A program made the translations under genes and the position numbers. A stretch of 63,991 nucleotides of DNA, filler included, from a bacterium (GTDB taxonomy: Bacteria > UBA9089 > CG2-30-40-21 > SBAY01), in assembly GCA_040757115.1 (NCBI GenBank). It is 6 parts of 6 records of this genome, joined end to end, with 100 filler letters (N's around TTAATTAATTAA, not from the genome) between each part and the next. Parts side by side here need not be neighbours in the genome. Positions count along the whole stretch, not along the records: positions 1 to 30,697 come from JBFLYA010000020.1; 5 more parts are not named here. The stretch is one strand, 5' to 3'. Positions within the stretch are counted from its first letter, which is position 1. Every line of letters starts with the position of its first letter. The notes under the pieces are model-generated. The model ran no database searches, had not been told where the DNA came from, and worked only from the letters and a program-made list of their open reading frames with translations. Shown one piece after another: positions 12,401-21,844 of the stretch.

Positions 12401-12904
12401 TGGACTGGTGAGTATCTCAAATATGGAAACAACTTGGCTGCACCACGGAAAGACTTCCGACTTTATTCCACCAGCAGAATCCTTGTGCGCCAGATTCCAG
12501 CTAAACCTCCATACTGTATCCACGCCTGCTTGATTGAAGAAACCGCTTTGAATGATCTCAACTCCATGAACATCATCAACATTCGAGAATCACCTGAGTG
12601 CGTGCTGGGTATCCTAAATTCTCGTCTCACATCTTTCTGGTTTATCCACAAGTTTGGCAAGATGCAGCGGGGAACTTTTCCGCAATTCAAAGTTAATGAA
12701 CTTGCTGACTTTCCCTTGCCGAAAAACCGGGCAGAGCGGAGTGACGAGATTGCTAAGCTGGTTTCCCAAATTCTCTCCCTAAAAAAATCCGACCCGCAGG
12801 CAGACACCAGGGCATTGGAGGCAGAGATTGACCGTCTGGTGTATGACCTCTATGGATTGACAGAGGAAGAGATTGCTATTGTGGAGGGGAGTGTTAGGAG
12901 GTAA
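9446..12904 (+). CDS. Eco57I/type IIG-like N6-adenine DNA methyltransferase with TaqI-C-like specificity domain
   Basis: GAYYTP, DPAIGSGAF, GFDVVIANPPY; C-terminal EIDRLVYDLYGLTEEEI. Confidence 0.9.
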   Translation: MDRQTAINLIANTFNHPFNEDKFRHFIRNLLNDVDESGNFEYYGRYIPDSFKEHIRKYKRVGKYADPKGKELDVIIVHLKRETALDRARTMQRNFIAWYLKNRGEKDAAVVAYHTDTPDDWRFSYVRVEYKQETTESGKVKVKEELTPARRYSFLVGKNEPTHTAQQQLISIFQDDRLNPSLADLEKAFSVEAVTRQFYEDYKGLYEKLTQELNSLMEEDGRIKKEFETKSIDTANFAKKLLGQIVFLYFLQKKGWLGVGKNNEGSFKPWGTGQKNFLRLLFEKQFINYHNFFNDVLEPLFYEALATERANDFYSPFNCKIPFLNGGLFEPINEYDWQQTDIFINHELFTEIFDTFDRYNFTVREDEPLEKEVAVDPEMLGKVFENLLPENLRKGQGAYYTPREIVHYMCQESLINYLDTAVNTGEVSLAQTPPTQGKLFGKPDPEQMVLKTTGYKPLVPREDIEEFIRKGEFAVEHDIAKEKGTKTYKYQVPESIRKNAKLLDDKLTAIKICDPAIGSGAFPVGMMHEIVKARNVLTTYIEDSKERSADKFKRHCIQESLYGVDIDPGAIEIAKLRLWLSLMVDEDDYYAIKPLPNLDYKIMQGNSLIEDFHGISLNIEKKEESQGSLFDMDSELDRLIEDLHHKQNALFNATHPSDKKEQKEEVENAIVKIFHYELQRQKEPYFRELKNIKESARRFKEEEQQKIYDIEKVKLDKKYNFDFETVENELREMTHGNKVRNFFPWKLYFADVFRQKGGFDVVIANPPYIFARESKKKGLSNEDKGYFYEHYELAEYQVNLYPLFIEKGTYLLRANGCFCFITPNNWLTINTNRRLRKFVLGQSDITIVNFYARVFESAAVDSAIIIFRKSVDNRHVALYEYTDDFRFIKEAECGFFLSHRNHVINIEAFKGGGISEVMEKIERGSVKLAQVADVKAGLKAYEIGKGNPPQTNEMKTDRVYHSTRKIDNSYIKYLDGKDVCRYYLDWTGEYLKYGNNLAAPRKDFRLYSTSRILVRQIPAKPPYCIHACLIEETALNDLNSMNIINIRESPECVLGILNSRLTSFWFIHKFGKMQRGTFPQFKVNELADFPLPKNRAERSDEIAKLVSQILSLKKSDPQADTRALEAEIDRLVYDLYGLTEEEIAIVEGSVRR

Positions 12905-13153
12905 ATTCTGTAAGGAGAAACCCAACTTTTGCCATTTTTTATTGCTTTTTGGCAATACTTTTGTTATACTTCTATAGAGTTATTCTGAAATCAAATCTTC
13001 TGTCATTTGTTGAGGACTAAAATGGATAGCCAATTTGAAGATTTAAACATAGATACTAAACGAACAGCGAATAAATCGACGAAATCCAAAAACTCATTAA
13101 AATCTTTGAAGTAAAAATCAAAGACAACATCCAAGAAGTTTGGGGGTGTAACT

Positions 13154-14458
13154 ATGGAAACATCATGGAATAGTAAACATATTCTAAAGGTTCAAGATGA
13201 CCGTGAGCCAAATATAGTGGAAGAGCCAGATATCAAAAAACATCGGCAGCGTGTTGAACCATGGCTAACAGCTCTCTTCCAAAGCGATCATCTTTCTTTA
13301 TTGGTGGGGTCAGGACTTTCATTAGCTGTTCATAAGCTTGCTACAGGGAATTCTGGTGAGGGGATGGCGAAAATAGCATTCTCTGTTTTTAAGGAACAAA
13401 TGGATACCTGTGTTGTTGAGGCAGCCAGAAAAGCTGGACGAGGGAATGGGAACATTGAAGATCAGATACGTGTTGCTAATGATTTATTGCAAGGATTGGA
13501 AATATATACATCAACAGGTGTGTTCGGCTCAAAAAAGATTAAAAAAGAAATGGGGAAATTCAAAGAAGAAATTAATTCAGGATTGTTTGAATTTGTAAAA
13601 AGAATTCTTCAGACAGAAAAAAATATTGTGAATGCATCTAACCCTAAAGCTGCTGAATACTTGTTGAACTTTATGGTTAGTTTTGCTAGTCGATCTGGCA
13701 CGCGAGAACGTTTAAACATTTTTACTATTAATTATGATCGTGTAGTCGAATTTGGTGCAGAGTTAGCAGGTATTCGTTTGATTGATCGGTTTGTTGGAAC
13801 GGTAAATCCCATTTTTCATTCGTCACGCTTAGAGATCGATATGCATTACAATCCCCCTGGTATTCGTGGAGAACCACGCTATCTAGAAGGAGTCGTACAT
13901 TTTGCGAAGTTGCATGGCTCTTTAGATTGGGTTTATCAAAATGGAAATGTCAGACGCATATCAGTGCCTTTTGGGGCTGAAACAGTTGAATCGTATTTTA
14001 CTTTGTTGGATGGAGAAAAGCCTAATGCACAGTCATTAATGATTTATCCTAATGCATCAAAAGATCGTGAAACCTCTGAATATCCATATGTTGAGCTTTT
14101 TCGAGATTTGGCTGCAGCCATTTGCCGTCCTAACTCAACTGTGATATTGTATGGATATGGCTTTGGCGATGACCATGTTAATCGTGTTATTAAGGATATG
14201 CTAACAATACCGTCTAGTCATCTTGTTGTTATTTCTTATAATGATGAGGGCGATAGAATTCAAAGATTCTATGATGATGCAAAACGGCCAGCACAAACAA
14301 CGCTTCTAATTGGTGAACATTTTGGGAATTTAAAAACACTCGTTGATGGTTATCTTCCTAAGCCAGCGATTGATCGAACTACTTTTCGTATGGTTGATCT
14401 TCTCAAGTCAAGAGGGGTTATTGTTGACGAGCATAAAGAAAAGGAAGGTGAACAATGA
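13154..14458 (+). CDS. SIR2-like protein of a SIR2-HerA anti-phage system
   Basis: LLVGSGLS, FTINYD, KLHGSLDW, GYGFGDDHVN. Confidence 0.9.
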   Translation: METSWNSKHILKVQDDREPNIVEEPDIKKHRQRVEPWLTALFQSDHLSLLVGSGLSLAVHKLATGNSGEGMAKIAFSVFKEQMDTCVVEAARKAGRGNGNIEDQIRVANDLLQGLEIYTSTGVFGSKKIKKEMGKFKEEINSGLFEFVKRILQTEKNIVNASNPKAAEYLLNFMVSFASRSGTRERLNIFTINYDRVVEFGAELAGIRLIDRFVGTVNPIFHSSRLEIDMHYNPPGIRGEPRYLEGVVHFAKLHGSLDWVYQNGNVRRISVPFGAETVESYFTLLDGEKPNAQSLMIYPNASKDRETSEYPYVELFRDLAAAICRPNSTVILYGYGFGDDHVNRVIKDMLTIPSSHLVVISYNDEGDRIQRFYDDAKRPAQTTLLIGEHFGNLKTLVDGYLPKPAIDRTTFRMVDLLKSRGVIVDEHKEKEGEQ

Positions 14459-16590
14459 GTTTTACTCCTATAGAATATTCTTCATCTTTGCGAATTGGAA
14501 CTGTTGAGTTTGTGGCTCCTGATGAAATAAAAGTTTCACTTGATTTAGAATCACCTGATGGGATTGCCGCAAATGCAGGAGTGCCTCGTTCATTTCCTCG
14601 CATAAATAATTATGTTATTGTTCCATCGGAGGCAGGGTATATTGTAGGGCAAATTGAATGGATCGCTGTTGAGCGTTCCCCTTTCCCAAAGCGTAAGGGT
14701 TTCCAGGATTATGGCTTGGTGGACCTCCCTTTTCCTTTACGGAAAATGCGAGTTAACCCCCTTGGTATATTAAAGGTTGATGAAGATGATAACTTTCTGT
14801 TTCGGCGTGGTGTGCAAACATTCCCCAGCATAGGCGAACCTGTGTTGATGCCTACAGATAAACAGCTTCGTGCTATTGTTGAATCCGGCGAAAAACGTAG
14901 GGTAAAGATAGGAACCAGTCCTTTAGCCGCTAATGCGGATGTGTGTATTGATCCAGATAGACTTTTTGGCCGGCATTTAGCAGTTTTAGGGAATACGGGA
15001 AGTGGGAAATCATGTTCAGTTGCTGGTTTAATCCAATGGTCGTTAGATGCAGCTAAAAAAGATGAGCGTAATCCTAATGCACGGTTTATTATACTTGACC
15101 CAAATGGTGAATACTCAAGAGTATTTAAGGATAGAGGTCGCATTTTTACAGTGAATGCGACTGATAACCCTTTACAAGTGCCGTTATGGTTTTGGAATAG
15201 TGCTGAATGGTGTTCGTTCACTCAGGCTAGCGCAAAGGCACAACGGCCGTTATTGAAAAGGGCTCTCAGGGAGATTAGAATCGGGAGGTCAGATTTGACT
15301 GTCTCAACTGAAGAGGCTCAAAAACTTGAACTCAGACGCTACCTTTCATCAAATATGATCTCTATACGAAACGACTTACAGAGTGGTGCGATAAGAACAG
15401 ATGAGTCAAAGTTTGGGTTCCGGTTAAAAGCTATTCTGAATGATTTAGATGTTAAGAAAACCGTCTTTACAACATATAATATCCAGAATATTTGCGATAA
15501 AATCAAGACGGCCTTGACTGCTACCTACAAAGAGTTCACTGAAAAGCCCACAAACAAATTAGTAGAATACTATCGTGCTTTTACTGAAGAACAAGTCAAT
15601 GATATATTAAATGCGTTGAACAATGTTTTTCAAGACCTTGGAGGAATTGTTTATCAAGAAGGCCCTGATGAAGATATTCCTATTTCTTTCTCTGGTGCTG
15701 AGTTTTCAGATCATCTTCAGAGTTTGGCTGAACAAGAGAATGTGAGCCAGTTCCTTGACTTTTTGATAATGCGGATTCGAACAATGCTTGCCGATACTCT
15801 TATGAAGAAAATCATCGGAGATGAAATTAACATTACCCTTGATAAATGGCTGGAAGATTATATTGGGAAAAATAAAGCAGAGAATGGTTGTGTTACCGTC
15901 ATTGATCTTTCTCTGGTTCCCACAGAAATTATACATATTACAATTGCAGTAATTGCTCGTATAACATTCGAAGCCTTGCAACGGTATCGAAAGCTTGAAA
16001 ACAATCCTTTGCCTACGGTAATGGTTATGGAGGAAGCTCACACATTTATTAAACGATACAAGGAAGATGTTGAAAATCAGAACACTGCTGCTATTTGTTG
16101 TCAAGTATTTGAGAAAATAGCGATGGAAGGGCGCAAATTTGGGTTAGGTTTAGTCCTATCTTCGCAACGTCCATCAGAACTTTCTTCAACAGTTCTCTCA
16201 CAGTGTAATAGTTTTCTCTTGCATCGCATTAGTAACGATCGTGATCAAGAATTGATAAATAAATTAGTGCCAGATAACCTTCGCGGATTGTTACGTGAGT
16301 TACCTTCTTTGCCCTCTCAAAATGCAATCTTATTGGGTTGGGCATCTGAACTCCCTGTCATGGTTAAGATGAATGATCTTTCCGACGAAGAAAGACCGCA
16401 CTCAGATGACCCTGATTTTTGGGATGTTTGGACTGGAGAGAATATCGAGGGAGAAAAAGTGGTTCGTGAAGTTAATTGGAAAAAGATTGCTGATGAATGG
16501 CAATGTAAGGATGCATCTACAATCGCAAAGAGTGACAAAGTGGAGGATTTGGAACAAAACACAGAGGGAATGGATGATGTACCGTTTTGA
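14455..16590 (+). CDS. HerA/DUF87 ATPase of a SIR2-HerA system
   Basis: HAS-barrel-like N-terminus, HLAVLGNTGSGKS, EEAH, EGRKFG, SQRPSE; ATGA overlap with SIR2. Confidence 0.9.
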   Translation: MSFTPIEYSSSLRIGTVEFVAPDEIKVSLDLESPDGIAANAGVPRSFPRINNYVIVPSEAGYIVGQIEWIAVERSPFPKRKGFQDYGLVDLPFPLRKMRVNPLGILKVDEDDNFLFRRGVQTFPSIGEPVLMPTDKQLRAIVESGEKRRVKIGTSPLAANADVCIDPDRLFGRHLAVLGNTGSGKSCSVAGLIQWSLDAAKKDERNPNARFIILDPNGEYSRVFKDRGRIFTVNATDNPLQVPLWFWNSAEWCSFTQASAKAQRPLLKRALREIRIGRSDLTVSTEEAQKLELRRYLSSNMISIRNDLQSGAIRTDESKFGFRLKAILNDLDVKKTVFTTYNIQNICDKIKTALTATYKEFTEKPTNKLVEYYRAFTEEQVNDILNALNNVFQDLGGIVYQEGPDEDIPISFSGAEFSDHLQSLAEQENVSQFLDFLIMRIRTMLADTLMKKIIGDEINITLDKWLEDYIGKNKAENGCVTVIDLSLVPTEIIHITIAVIARITFEALQRYRKLENNPLPTVMVMEEAHTFIKRYKEDVENQNTAAICCQVFEKIAMEGRKFGLGLVLSSQRPSELSSTVLSQCNSFLLHRISNDRDQELINKLVPDNLRGLLRELPSLPSQNAILLGWASELPVMVKMNDLSDEERPHSDDPDFWDVWTGENIEGEKVVREVNWKKIADEWQCKDASTIAKSDKVEDLEQNTEGMDDVPF

Positions 16591-16704
16591 AAATTTCAAG
16601 ACTATGATAAAGAGCCAGAATTGTAGTGCTTGACATTATCTTCTTTAATCCTGACAATCTGCGGTCATCTGCGTCCTATAAAGAGAAAGATAAGGAAGGT
16701 ATAG

Positions 16705-16863
16705 ATGCTATACTTATATCTTGATGAAAGTGGAGATTTAGGGTTTGATTTCGTGAATAAGAGACCATCAAAGTATTTCACGATAGCCATTCTTGTGGTA
16801 AAAGGATATGAAGAAAACCGATTACTGTTAAAGGTAGTAAAGAAAACTTTAAGTCGAAGATAA
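16705..16863 (+). pseudogene. DUF3800-family remnant, copy 1
   Basis: MLYLYLDESGDLGFDFVNKRPSKYFTIAIL... with AAGGAAGG RBS; 52 aa, rest deleted. Confidence 0.8.
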
Positions 16864-16887
16864 GGTATGATTCTGTTTATTTGCCAT

Positions 16888-16983
16888 AAAAAAGAGCGTG
16901 CCTTGTGGGCTTGTTGCGCTGTGGCTTTTGCCAACCGATGGATGGGAACACCACAGACAACCCACAACGGGCTTACCGCTCAA
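16888..16983 (-). ncRNA. Putative DUF3800-associated structured RNA, copy 1
   Basis: Own promoter; stems GAGCG/CGCUC, UUGUGGG-UUGU/ACAA-CCCACAA, CUGUGG/CCACAG; ends in U6. Confidence 0.65.
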
Positions 16984-16988
16984 TTAAT

Positions 16989-17017
16989 AATATACTACAT
17001 TTTGCTTCATTTGTCAA
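16989..17017 (-). promoter_or_regulatory. Sigma70 promoter for the hairpin RNA, copy 1
   Basis: Minus strand TTGACA-17 bp-TATATT. Confidence 0.75.
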
Positions 17018-17164
17018 GCACTTTTTTTTTCAAAGTCGAGTTGTCATTTGCATTACATTTTCTATCAAAAGCAGGAGCGATTAACCCATACCTCCAGAAG
17101 AAGCAATGCAATTATTAGAGAACAAAGAAACCCAAATGGTTAAATACATGATTGGAGAAACGAT

Positions 17165-17746
17165 ATGACCAAAGAACAACTCCATAAACTAATTGCCCAA
17201 GGAGAAGGGCAGCGGTTAGAGTTCAAAAAATCTGTTGCTGAATTAGATAGGATTATTCAGACTTTAGCTGCCTTTGCTAATACCAATTCCGATGGCGGAT
17301 GTGTCCTCATTGGAATAGGGGATAGGGGCAGAGTCAAAGAAGTGATAATTGGCAGAGAAACAGTAAGGCAAATAGCCAATAAAATCGCAGCTCATACTGA
17401 CCCTGTTCTTTACCCTGAGATTGAAGTGATAAAGGAATCGGGGAATAAAGGTATCATCGTAATCACCATAGATGGAAGTCCTAATAAACCCCATTTAGCC
17501 TTTGGCCGGGCATATAAAAGGGTAGGTTCTACCACCACACAAATGACCAGAGCAGAATATGAGAATCTGCTGTTAGCAAGACACAAAGATAAGTTTCAAT
17601 TTGACTCTCAGGTTTGTGAAGGAGCTGATTTAGAAGATATTGATGAAGAAAAGGTAAGGTGGTTTTTGAGAACAGCTAAGACTAAGAGAGGATTAGCGAT
17701 AGAGGAGAATGCATCTATAGCGGTTATTAACTGGAAGTTTACATAG
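17165..17746 (+). pseudogene. AlbA_2/ATP-binding protein truncated by an inserted element
   Basis: Near-identical to the N-terminus of 27380..28795; similarity ends at about 17716. Confidence 0.8.
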
Positions 17747-17990
17747 GATAATACCCATAAATAAGGCATGAGAATAATTGTTCCGTTAGGAACATAATAT
17801 CGGTAGGAATAGATAGACAAATCAATCAGTTCCGTAGGAACGATATATTGGTAGAAAATTTATGGAAAGCCATTTACCGATATATTGTCCCTATGGGACA
17901 TTATTTGTATGATATTTATTTCTACCGATATGTTGTCCCTATGGGACATTATTTGTATTTCTAAGTAAAGTTTTGAATAATAACTGCTAT
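17717..17990. mobile_element. MITE-like element with REP-like palindromes
   Basis: Ends ATAGCGGTTATT / AATAACTGCTAT; internal GTTCCGT(T)AGGAAC x2 and GTCCCTATGGGAC x2. Confidence 0.65.
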
Positions 17991-18044
17991 ATTTATCCAC
18001 CATTCATTGGATTCGTTTGCCAAAATTAAAATCAGGGATAAATT

Positions 18045-18764
18045 ATGAATAAGAAAAAGATATATCCAAAAGCAATACTTAATTGGCCGGAAGATGAGAG
18101 ACCCAGGGAAAGGCTGCTTAAATATGGCGAGCATACCCTTAGCAACTCCGAACTATTGGCAATACTTTTGCGAACAGGCGTCCAGGGCCAGAGCGCTATA
18201 GACCTGGCAAGGGAAATACTGCAAAAATTCAAGACTTTTCGTAATTTATCGCATACCGATTTGTCCCATTGGAAAGAATTCAAAGGCCTTGGCCAGGCCA
18301 AGATTGCCCAGATAAAAGCAGCCATTGAAATAGGAAGAAGATTTAGAGAAGAAATAGTAAAAGAAAAAAAGATTAAGATAAGCTCTTCAAAAACCGTGGC
18401 AGATATTTTAATGCCGAGAATGAGGGATTTAAAGAAAGAAATCTTTAAAATCTTACTCCTGAATTCACAAAATACAGTTATTGATATTGTAGAAATTACC
18501 GAAGGGACGGTTAATAAGGCAGACCCTATCATTCGAGAAATTTTCCAAAAGGCATTACAGTCTTTTGCTGTCTCTATAGTTTGTGTTCATAATCATCCCT
18601 CTGGTGATGTTTCTCCAAGCAAAGAAGACAGAGACTTTACAAGTGAGTTATGCAACGCAGGCAACATAATACAGGTAAAGGTATTAGACCACATTATTAT
18701 CGGTGATAATGAGTATTATAGTTTTGCAGATAAAGGTGAGCTTTATAAAAGGAGTTTTCAATGA
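18045..18764 (+). CDS. radC: RadC (JAB domain) protein
   Basis: RPRERLL, ELLAILLRTG, HNHPSGDVSPSKED, VLDHIIIG. Confidence 0.95.
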   Translation: MNKKKIYPKAILNWPEDERPRERLLKYGEHTLSNSELLAILLRTGVQGQSAIDLAREILQKFKTFRNLSHTDLSHWKEFKGLGQAKIAQIKAAIEIGRRFREEIVKEKKIKISSSKTVADILMPRMRDLKKEIFKILLLNSQNTVIDIVEITEGTVNKADPIIREIFQKALQSFAVSIVCVHNHPSGDVSPSKEDRDFTSELCNAGNIIQVKVLDHIIIGDNEYYSFADKGELYKRSFQ

Positions 18765-20735
18765 ATCACGCAATTCATAATGCTATAGTAAATTTTATCT
18801 GGACAATAGCAGATGATGTTCTGCGAGATGTTTATGTTCGGGGAAAATATAGAGATGTTATCCTGCCAATGACGGTCATTCGCCGTTTCGATGCAGTGTT
18901 AGAGCCTACTAAAGAAGCAGTTCTTAAAATGAAAGAACATCTTGATGCTTCCAGAATATCCAATCAGCATATTGCCTTATGCCAGGCTTCTGGACAGGCT
19001 TTTTACAACACCTCACCATTTACCCTTCGGGACTTAAAAGCCCGGGCAAAAAAGCAGCAACTGAAAGCAGACTTTGAAGCATATCTGGATGGTTTCTCTC
19101 CCAATGTGCAAGAAATCCTGGATAAGTTTAAATTTCGCAATCAGATACCGACAATGATAGAGGCTGATATCCTTGGACATGTTATTGAGAAATTTCTTGA
19201 TCCGGTAATCAATCTAAGCTCAAAGCCGGTTTATGATGCAAACGGAAATGAAAAACTTCCAGTCTTAGATAATTATGACATGGGGACGATTTTTGAAGAG
19301 TTGATTCGCCGCTTTAATGAAGAGAATAATGAAGAAGCCGGGGAGCACTTTACCCCACGAGATGTAGTTACGCTTATGGCAAATTTGGTTTTTCTTCCCG
19401 TTGCAGATAACATAGAGTCAAATACATATCTTATTTATGACGGTGCCTGCGGCACAGGCGGTATGTTGACAGTTGCAGAAAATATTCTTGCAGAATTAGC
19501 CAAAAAGCATAATAAAGATGTTTCCATCCATCTCTATGGGCAAGAAATCAATCCTGAAACCTTTGCCATCAGTAAGGCAGATCTTTTATTAAAAGGAGAA
19601 GGTGAAGAAGCGGAAAATATGAAATTTGGCTCCACCCTTTCTGCGGATGCGTTTCCATCTCTTGAATTTGACTTTATGCTCTCCAATCCTCCCTATGGCA
19701 AGAGTTGGAAGACAGATTTGGAAAGGCTTGGTGGAAAGAGAGATTTTTATGACCCACGTTTTATAATTAGCTATGCCGAGAATCCTGAATTTAGCTTGAT
19801 AACCAGATCAAGTGATGGACAACTTATGTTTTTAGTGAATAAATTAAGCAAAATGAAGCACAATACACCCTTAGGAAGCCGTATAGCTGAGGTTCATAAC
19901 GGGTCATCGCTGTTTACCGGTGACGCAGGCCAGGGAGAAAGTAATATTCGGCGATGGATTATTGAGAACGATTGGCTGGAGGCTATTATCGCTTTGCCCG
20001 AAAATATGTTCTACAATACAGGTATTGCCACTTATATCTGGGTGCTTACTAATCGCAAAGCAGAGCACCGCAAAGGTAAAATCCAACTTATTGACGCCAG
20101 GGGGGTGGTATGATTCTTTACGAAAGAATTTAGGTAAGAAGAATTGTGAATTTGCAGAAGGCCATATCCGGAAAATATGCGATTTATTGCTTTCTTTTAA
20201 AGAGACCGAGCAGTCAAAGATATTTCCTAATGAGGCATTTGGGTATTGGAAGATAGTTGTTGAACGGCCGCTTAGATTTAAAGGAATTGACCCAAATAGA
20301 GAATATAACGCTAAAGAAATCAAAGAAATGGTTACTAAAGGACTGGCTGATGAAAATGGTGTGCCTGCAATTAAAAAAATCCATAACCCCGGCAAGACTT
20401 CCGCTAATCCTTTCTATGGTCTGTTTGAAATTGAAATTGACGGTAAGAAATGTGTGGTTGAGTATGAACCAGATACATCTTTGCGCGATACAGAACAGGT
20501 GCCCCTACTTGAAGATGGCGGTATTGAAGCGTTCTTTAAGCGAGAAGTATTACCTTATGTGCCAGATGCCTGGCTTGATAGGTCAAAAACCCAGATTGGC
20601 TATGAAATCTCTTTCACCAGGTATTTTTATAAGCCACAGAATCTACGAACGCTGGACGAGATTACCGCGGACATCCGGGCACTGGAGGCCGAGTCTAAAG
20701 GATTGCTGGAGCGCATCATCAAGGAGGCAGAATAA
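18761..20735 (+). pseudogene. hsdM: Type I R-M methyltransferase subunit, frameshifted at a G6 run (20100-20105)
   Basis: AGEHFTPR, YDGACGTGGM, NPPY in 18761..20113; continuation WYDSLRKNLG...IGYEISFTRYFY in the next frame. Confidence 0.88.
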
Positions 20736-21844
20736 TGGGTAATAACATGCCGGATAGAAAATCTGATTCAAATATTCAAAAAGCTCGAGCACCTGAATCG
20801 TCGGCTATTGTTGGCGATATTCGCCGAATGATCGAAGAAACCCGTTCATCAGTTGCCTTGACTGTTAATGTCAATCTCACTATGCTCTATTGGCGGATTG
20901 GAAAACGAATTAATGAAGAGATTCTTAAGGGGGACCGTGCAGAATACGGAAAGAAAATTGTTCTATTACTATCGCAGCGGTTGGCTGAAGAATATGGCAA
21001 CAATTTTTCTGAAAAGAACTTGCGCAGAATGATGCAGTTTGCCGAAGTTTTCTCGAATGAAGGAATTGTCGTATCACTGATACGACAATTGAGTTGGACC
21101 CATTTTCTTGCCCTAATTCCTCTGAAAAAGCCGTTGCAGCGTGAATTTTATGCGGAAATGTGCCGAGTCGAACGGTGGAGCGTCCGTACCCTTCGTAAAA
21201 ATATCGATTCTATGCTTTATGAGCGCACCGCGATATCCCGCAAGCCAGAAGAATTGGTCAGTAAAGAATTGGCAAAATTACGTAATGAGGGCCACCTGTC
21301 ACCTAATATGATTCTCAAGGATCCCTATGTTCTTGATTTTCTCGGTGTCAAGGACCGTTATTACGAGAAAGACCTGGAGGACGCCATCCTGCGCGAGATG
21401 GAAGCATTCATTTTGGAACTCGGAGCAGGATTCACCTTTCTCGCCCGGCAAAAGCGAATTCAGGTCGACAATGACGATTTCTATATCGACCTACTCTTTT
21501 ATAACCGCAAGCTTTGCCGACTGGTGGCCGTTGAATTGAAGCTTGACGACTTTAAACCCGCGGACAAGGATCAGATGGAACTCTATCTTCGCTGGCTGGA
21601 AAAATACGAAAGTGAACCTAACGAAAATCCGCCACTCGGTATCATTCTGTGTGCCGGAAAAAAGCAGGAACAGATTGAACTGTTAGAACTGGGTAAGTCC
21701 GATATCCATGTGGCTGAGTATTGGACCGCACTGCCACCTAAAGAATTGATGCAGAAGAAACTCCACGCCGCGATCCAACACGCCAGGATGCGACTGGATA
21801 ATCGTATTACCGAAGATATTCCGGGAGATGGGGGTGCTGAATGA
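20735..21844 (+). CDS. DUF1016/YhcG PD-(D/E)xK nuclease
   Basis: LYWRIG, LSWTHF, KDPYVLDFL, IDLLFYNRKLCRLVAVELK. Confidence 0.9.
   Translation: MGNNMPDRKSDSNIQKARAPESSAIVGDIRRMIEETRSSVALTVNVNLTMLYWRIGKRINEEILKGDRAEYGKKIVLLLSQRLAEEYGNNFSEKNLRRMMQFAEVFSNEGIVVSLIRQLSWTHFLALIPLKKPLQREFYAEMCRVERWSVRTLRKNIDSMLYERTAISRKPEELVSKELAKLRNEGHLSPNMILKDPYVLDFLGVKDRYYEKDLEDAILREMEAFILELGAGFTFLARQKRIQVDNDDFYIDLLFYNRKLCRLVAVELKLDDFKPADKDQMELYLRWLEKYESEPNENPPLGIILCAGKKQEQIELLELGKSDIHVAEYWTALPPKELMQKKLHAAIQHARMRLDNRITEDIPGDGGAE

Larger units (their letters stand above)
16542..17690 (+). repeat. ~1.1 kb direct repeat, copy 1 (copy 2 at 26751-27905)
   Basis: Near-identical to about 17550/27765, then diverging; holds gene tail EDLE.NTEGMDDVPF*, DUF3800 remnant, hairpin RNA and AlbA_2 5' part. 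Confidence 0.95.

Noticed and set aside
16665-17118. ORFs 16665..16967(-), 16867..17118(+) and their copies near 26811-27358
   Set aside because: Shadow frames over the DUF3800 remnant and the RNA; starts and stops are not conserved between the repeat copies
17780-17960. Possible mini-CRISPR
   Set aside because: Only two copies per orientation, arranged as inverted pairs, no unique spacers of regular length and no cas genes
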